DNA of 64,000 nucleotides, from NCBI GenBank assembly GCA_963806185.1, contig CAWDXE010000001.1, forward strand, positions 1,035,734 to 1,099,733. Reading direction: 5' to 3'. Shown here piece after piece: positions 59,259-64,000 of the stretch. A program made the position numbers and the translations under genes. Position 1 is the first letter of the stretch. Every line of letters begins with the position of its first letter. The notes under the pieces are model-generated. The model did not search any database and was not told the origin of the DNA. It saw only the letters and a program-made list of their open reading frames with translations. The stretch comes from an uncultured candidate division Zixibacteria bacterium. GTDB taxonomy: Bacteria; Zixibacteria; MSB-5A5; GN15; FEB-12.

Positions 59259-59673
59259 AGAGGATGACGGTACCATGAACACGATCATCGGGAAAGACAC
59301 AGTTATCACCGGGACCTTGGATGTCAAGGGCGCGCTGCGCGTCGATGGGCAGGTCAAGGGTAAGATTCTCTGCAACGATACCGTCACGGTAGGCGCTACC
59401 GGCGTTGTCGAAGCGGACATCGAGGCGGCCAATGCCGTCATCGCCGGCCATATGATCGGAAACGTGGTCGCGACCGACAAAATCGAACTGCAGGCTAAGT
59501 GCGAGATGGACGGCGACTTGCGCACCAAGTCACTGGTCATTGAGCAAGGAGCCGTCTTCTGTGGTGCCTGCAATATGAAGGAGACCCGTTCGAATCTCGG
59601 TTTCCTCCCGCCCGAAGAGAAGAAACAGAAGCCGATAGAATCGATCGTGGGCGAGAAGAAATCGCAGTTCTGA
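59233..59673 (+). CDS. Bactofilin (polymer-forming cytoskeletal protein)
   Basis: TIIGKDTVITG..LRVDG..G.V.ADI..IEQGAVFCG beta-helix; overlaps the M23 gene end. Confidence 0.93.
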   Translation: MIKKTFLGEEDDGTMNTIIGKDTVITGTLDVKGALRVDGQVKGKILCNDTVTVGATGVVEADIEAANAVIAGHMIGNVVATDKIELQAKCEMDGDLRTKSLVIEQGAVFCGACNMKETRSNLGFLPPEEKKQKPIESIVGEKKSQF

Positions 59674-59701
59674 GGTCCGGCCGTCGCTCCTCAAGGGCCG
59701 C

Positions 59702-59889
59702 TGTGGACAACGGCTCCGGTTTGTGGATAATCAGATAAGATGTTGTCATTAAATATCTTATCTGATTATTGTTTGTCTGGGAACTTCGGTTTGTCCACAG
59801 GATGCTATTGAGTTAACCTGCTATATTTCGGCACGTTAACCTAATCCGAATAAAGCGGCGCATCAGCTTTTCCGGCCTGGCGTGGATAA
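59702..59889. other. oriC: DnaA-box cluster, candidate chromosomal replication origin
   Basis: TGTGGACAA 59702, TGTGGATAA 59722 (perfect), TTGTCCACA 59791, CGTGGATAA 59881; AT-rich; near parS/parAB/mnmG. Confidence 0.7.
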
Positions 59890-60026
59890 CAGTTACGATA
59901 AACTCAGCTCCCCTTGGGGAAAAATCCTGGAATCTTGCGATTCCCAAAAGACTTGCGACACCCATTCGGTGTACTCTATGCTAGAGGCTACTCACTGGGA
60001 TGACGAGACTTAACTAAGGAGACAGC

Positions 60027-61034
<1,008 letters not shown>

Positions 61035-61044
61035 GGGCCTCCGG

Positions 61045-61184
61045 CCCTCACCCTTTCAGAGTGTCAAGTAGGTCAGGCTTCTATTTCCATTTGATCAAGA
61101 AGCCTGACAGGTAAGCTGGCGTCAGGTCACACGCCTCGCGGACTCGGCGCAGGACCCGACGCAACACGGTGGTTGGGGTGAGGG
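61045..61184. repeat. Third cluster of REP-like palindromes
   Basis: CCCTCACCC at 61045 with inverted GGGGTGAGGG near 61175; GTAGGTCAGGCTTCT..AGAAGCCTGAC at 61068-61108; GCGTC..GACGC hairpin. Confidence 0.72.
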
Positions 61185-61231
61185 CGAGTAAGTCGCGCAA
61201 TTTCGATAGAGAACAATTGTAAGTGTTAACC

Positions 61232-61879
61232 ATGTTCACCGACACCCGTCTTTCAGATCTTCCCGGCTACGCCAAACTGTTCGTAGCCGTCTTTACCGCC
61301 CTCATGCTGTGCGTCTGTTTCTGGGCGGCGGCGCTGTACACGGTCGATAAGGGAGTAGTCGACCCCAACAACCTGCCCGCCTATCTTCAGGCCGTAGCGG
61401 ACAAAAATATTCCACACCACACCGACACCACCTCCGAAGCGTTCGACACGCTTCCGGTTATGGCGCCGGTCTGGGATTCGACCCTTAAGGGGCAGGAAAT
61501 GCCGCTCGATTCCATCTCGGCTGAATCGCTGCGAGTCGTCGGCATGGCCAAGGAAACCGTCTTTGTGGACACTGAGCACGAAAGCAAACTGCGCGAGAAT
61601 CTCGGCCTGGCCCACACCCATATCAACGGCCAGACACTACTGTATTTCGCCTTTGGGTTCATCTTCCTGTTTACCTCTGCGACGGCATCCCGGAAGAAAC
61701 TGGTCTACTGGGTTTTCGGCATCGCTATCCTTGTGCACAATATCGGTCTGACCGGGCAAGGGTACTGCTGGGTGTTTGATGATCTATTGGCGCTGAGCGG
61801 CGTAGTCATCTTGTTGACCATCGCCTATATGGCGATGCTCATATTCGCCGACCTTGGCAAGTCACCGAGGACTCGATGA
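61232..61879 (+). CDS. Hypothetical membrane protein with His motifs
   Basis: About four hydrophobic segments, AHTHING and LVHN motifs. Confidence 0.7.
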   Translation: MFTDTRLSDLPGYAKLFVAVFTALMLCVCFWAAALYTVDKGVVDPNNLPAYLQAVADKNIPHHTDTTSEAFDTLPVMAPVWDSTLKGQEMPLDSISAESLRVVGMAKETVFVDTEHESKLRENLGLAHTHINGQTLLYFAFGFIFLFTSATASRKKLVYWVFGIAILVHNIGLTGQGYCWVFDDLLALSGVVILLTIAYMAMLIFADLGKSPRTR

Positions 61880-62223
61880 ACGACACACCAGCACAAGGAC
61901 AACTGCTGATTATCTGGGAATACTGGATCGCCCATGGCCGCGAGAAGGAATTCGCCCAGATGTACGGTCCCGAAGGGGACTGGATGAAGCTCTTTGGCGA
62001 GGCCCCCGGGTATGTCCGGAGCGATTTGCTGTTGGACAAGCAGGACCCGTCGCGAGCGATCGTCATGGACTGGTGGGAATCGCGTCAGCTGTACGAGGCG
62101 TTCCTGCACGAGTTCAAAGCGGAGTATGAAGCGATCAACGCCCGGGCGAAAATGCTCAATTCCTCGGAATGCTGTCTCGGCTGGTTCTTCCGCGATCCTG
62201 CCACCCCCGGACTGGAGAGCTGA
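61876..62223 (+). CDS. Antibiotic biosynthesis monooxygenase (ABM)-like protein
   Basis: IWEY..GREKEF..YGPEGDW..F..APGY..DWWES. Confidence 0.75.
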   Translation: MNDTPAQGQLLIIWEYWIAHGREKEFAQMYGPEGDWMKLFGEAPGYVRSDLLLDKQDPSRAIVMDWWESRQLYEAFLHEFKAEYEAINARAKMLNSSECCLGWFFRDPATPGLES

Positions 62224-62696
62224 TGGCTAAGAGCAAACGACCAGACATGACAATCCGACGGGCCGCACAGGATGGCGAACTTTCGCTCTGCTTTGAGATT
62301 TATGCGAAGGCAGTCCAGGCATATGTTCCGACTTCGGCAAACTGGGATCGGGACGGCGAACGAGCGGCCTTTCTCAAGATTGTAACGGAGAGTAACACGG
62401 GCATGCATGTTCGCAACGGCAGCGTGATTGGCTTTGATTCATTTTTCGAACGGCCGCACGATATCTGGCTTAGCGGCATTTATTATCATGCTGAATACGA
62501 CGCGGCCCCGGAGACGGAAATCCTCGGCTACATCCTGAATGTAGCCGCGCTCGCCCGCCTGACTGGAAAGAAGATGCGAACCCGCATCCTCAAGACCTTG
62601 CCGCAGGTTGCCGTCTACCGCAAGTGGGGCTTTCAGGTACTGGATGAGGACAACAACTACTTCTGGTTGGAAGGGAACGGTACGTTTGGCCACTGA
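62223..62696 (+). CDS. GNAT-like protein
   Basis: MTIRRA start, [15 protein letters not shown] overlaps the upstream TGA. Confidence 0.6.
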   Translation: MAKSKRPDMTIRRAAQDGELSLCFEIYAKAVQAYVPTSANWDRDGERAAFLKIVTESNTGMHVRNGSVIGFDSFFERPHDIWLSGIYYHAEYDAAPETEILGYILNVAALARLTGKKMRTRILKTLPQVAVYRKWGFQVLDEDNNYFWLEGNGTFGH

Positions 62697-63587
62697 TTAT
62701 CGACAATACCTCCAGCCCGAAACCGTCTCCAAACTCAAGGGGATGGAACTGCGCGCGCGCATGGTGGTCGAGGGGTTTATCGCCGGCCTGCACAAGTCGC
62801 CCTATCACGGTTTCTCGGTCGAATTTGCCGAACATCGCCAGTACATGCCGGGCGACGATATCCGCCGCATCGACTGGAAAGTGTTCGCCAAGACCGACCG
62901 CTATTACATCAAGCAGTACGAGGAAGAGACCAACCTGAAAGGGTATCTCCTGCTCGACTGTTCGGCCTCGATGAACTACAAGTCGGCGCCACGATCACCA
63001 AGTTCGATTACGCCGGGCCTTCTGACCGGCGCCGCTGTCATACATGATGCTCCGCCAGCGCGATGCGGTCGGGCTGGTGAGCTACGATCAGAAGATCCGC
63101 CGGTATATTCCGCCGCGGTCGCGGTCGGGGCATTTGCACGTGCTGCTCAACGAGGTCGCACAGCAGCGGCCGAGCAATCTTACCGACGTCGGCGCGGCCC
63201 TTCACGAGATGGCCGAACGGATCAAGCGGCGCGGGCTGGTGATTATCATGTCGGACCTGCTCGACGAGGCCGCAGACGATCATCTCCGGTCTCAAGCATT
63301 TCCGTTACAACCATCACGAGGTGATCGTCTTTCACATTCTCGATCCGCGCGAGCGGGATTTCGCTTTTGGCCAGGAGGCGGCGTTTAAGGATATGGAGAC
63401 GGGGGAGGAGATCACCACCTTGCCGTATCAGATCAAGCGGGATTTCGCGCATCAGGTGAAGGAGTTCTCCGACCAGATCGCTTCCGCTTGCCGGCAGTCG
63501 AATATCGATTATCACCCGATTGACACCTCGATGTCGTTCGACAAGGCGTTGTATGCGTTTTTGGCGAAGAGGGAACGGTTGTATTGA
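62686..63587 (+). CDS. DUF58 protein (MoxR-associated, vWA-like), several frameshifts
   Basis: [57 protein letters not shown] across frames. Confidence 0.88.
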
Positions 63588-63627
63588 TTCTGGGCGAACG
63601 CAAATGTCCTCTGTGTTTTCTTGATTT

Positions 63628-64000
63628 ATGAACATACTCCGTGCCCTCTCTATCCTCTTCACCCTCGCCCTCGGCGCGCAGGCCCAGAGCGGTATGCTCC
63701 ATGTCCAATACCATCAGGAACAACACTCGATCCTCGATACGACCACCGTCGCCGACTCCGCAACCACAAAAGCACACCCCTCGACTCAACTCTGGTTCTT
63801 CGCCGATAGTCTCATGCGCATCGAAGCACCCGCCGACTCCGTCAACCGTCTGCAGTATATATCCATCGTGGCCGCAACCGATGTCTGGTTGTTCAACAAA
63901 TTCAACGGCCAGGGTCAGCACATGGTCGACACCACCCACGCCGGCAAAGTACACCCGGTTGTCTTTGGTTCGATTTTGACCGATGAACTCCTGAAACTGG
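63628..64000 (+). CDS. Hypothetical secreted protein, 3' truncated by the window
   Basis: Open frame MNILRALSILFTLALGAQA-QSGMLH... with a signal peptide and no stop before the window end. Confidence 0.65.
   Translation, partial: MNILRALSILFTLALGAQAQSGMLHVQYHQEQHSILDTTTVADSATTKAHPSTQLWFFADSLMRIEAPADSVNRLQYISIVAATDVWLFNKFNGQGQHMVDTTHAGKVHPVVFGSILTDELLKL

Overview
A GC-rich bacterial chromosomal window, most likely from a candidate division Zixibacteria-like organism. That assignment is inferred from two secreted proteins ending in Cys-bracketed dockerin-like domains and from the general gene content. The right part is the origin-proximal core: rpmH-rnpA-yidD-yidC-mnmE-(cytochrome c)-mnmG-rsmG-parA-parB-M23-bactofilin, with two perfect parS sites and a DnaA-box cluster (candidate oriC) at about 59.7 kb. 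There is no dnaA next to rpmH; a DpnI-like nuclease sits there instead. The left part holds arsM, a Crp/Fnr regulator plus ferredoxin-like gene, hflX, ileS(type 2, GIHH motif)-dksA-lspA, a transporter cluster (DedA, AspT/YidE, CrcB, MFS, anion permease) and a FadL channel with a pseudo-esterase lipoprotein. A sigma54-driven capsule/EPS locus, alr and rex lie in the middle. The most striking items are four. (1) A 909-aa secreted cupredoxin with 17 Cys-rich GACC repeats and a dockerin, directly followed by a VKOR-DsbA-DsbA fusion (candidate dedicated oxidative-folding system). (2) Intergenic nests of several REP-like palindrome families, including a 1.5-kb roughly mirror-symmetric array and a GTAG hairpin family with variable stems but a conserved loop. 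(3) Two apparent pseudo-enzymes in operon context. (4) An oriC candidate separated from dnaA. Several genes (dockerin protein, wzi, mnmG, parA, DUF58) carry single-base frameshifts that look like assembly errors. No rRNA, tRNA, CRISPR array or transposase was recognised.
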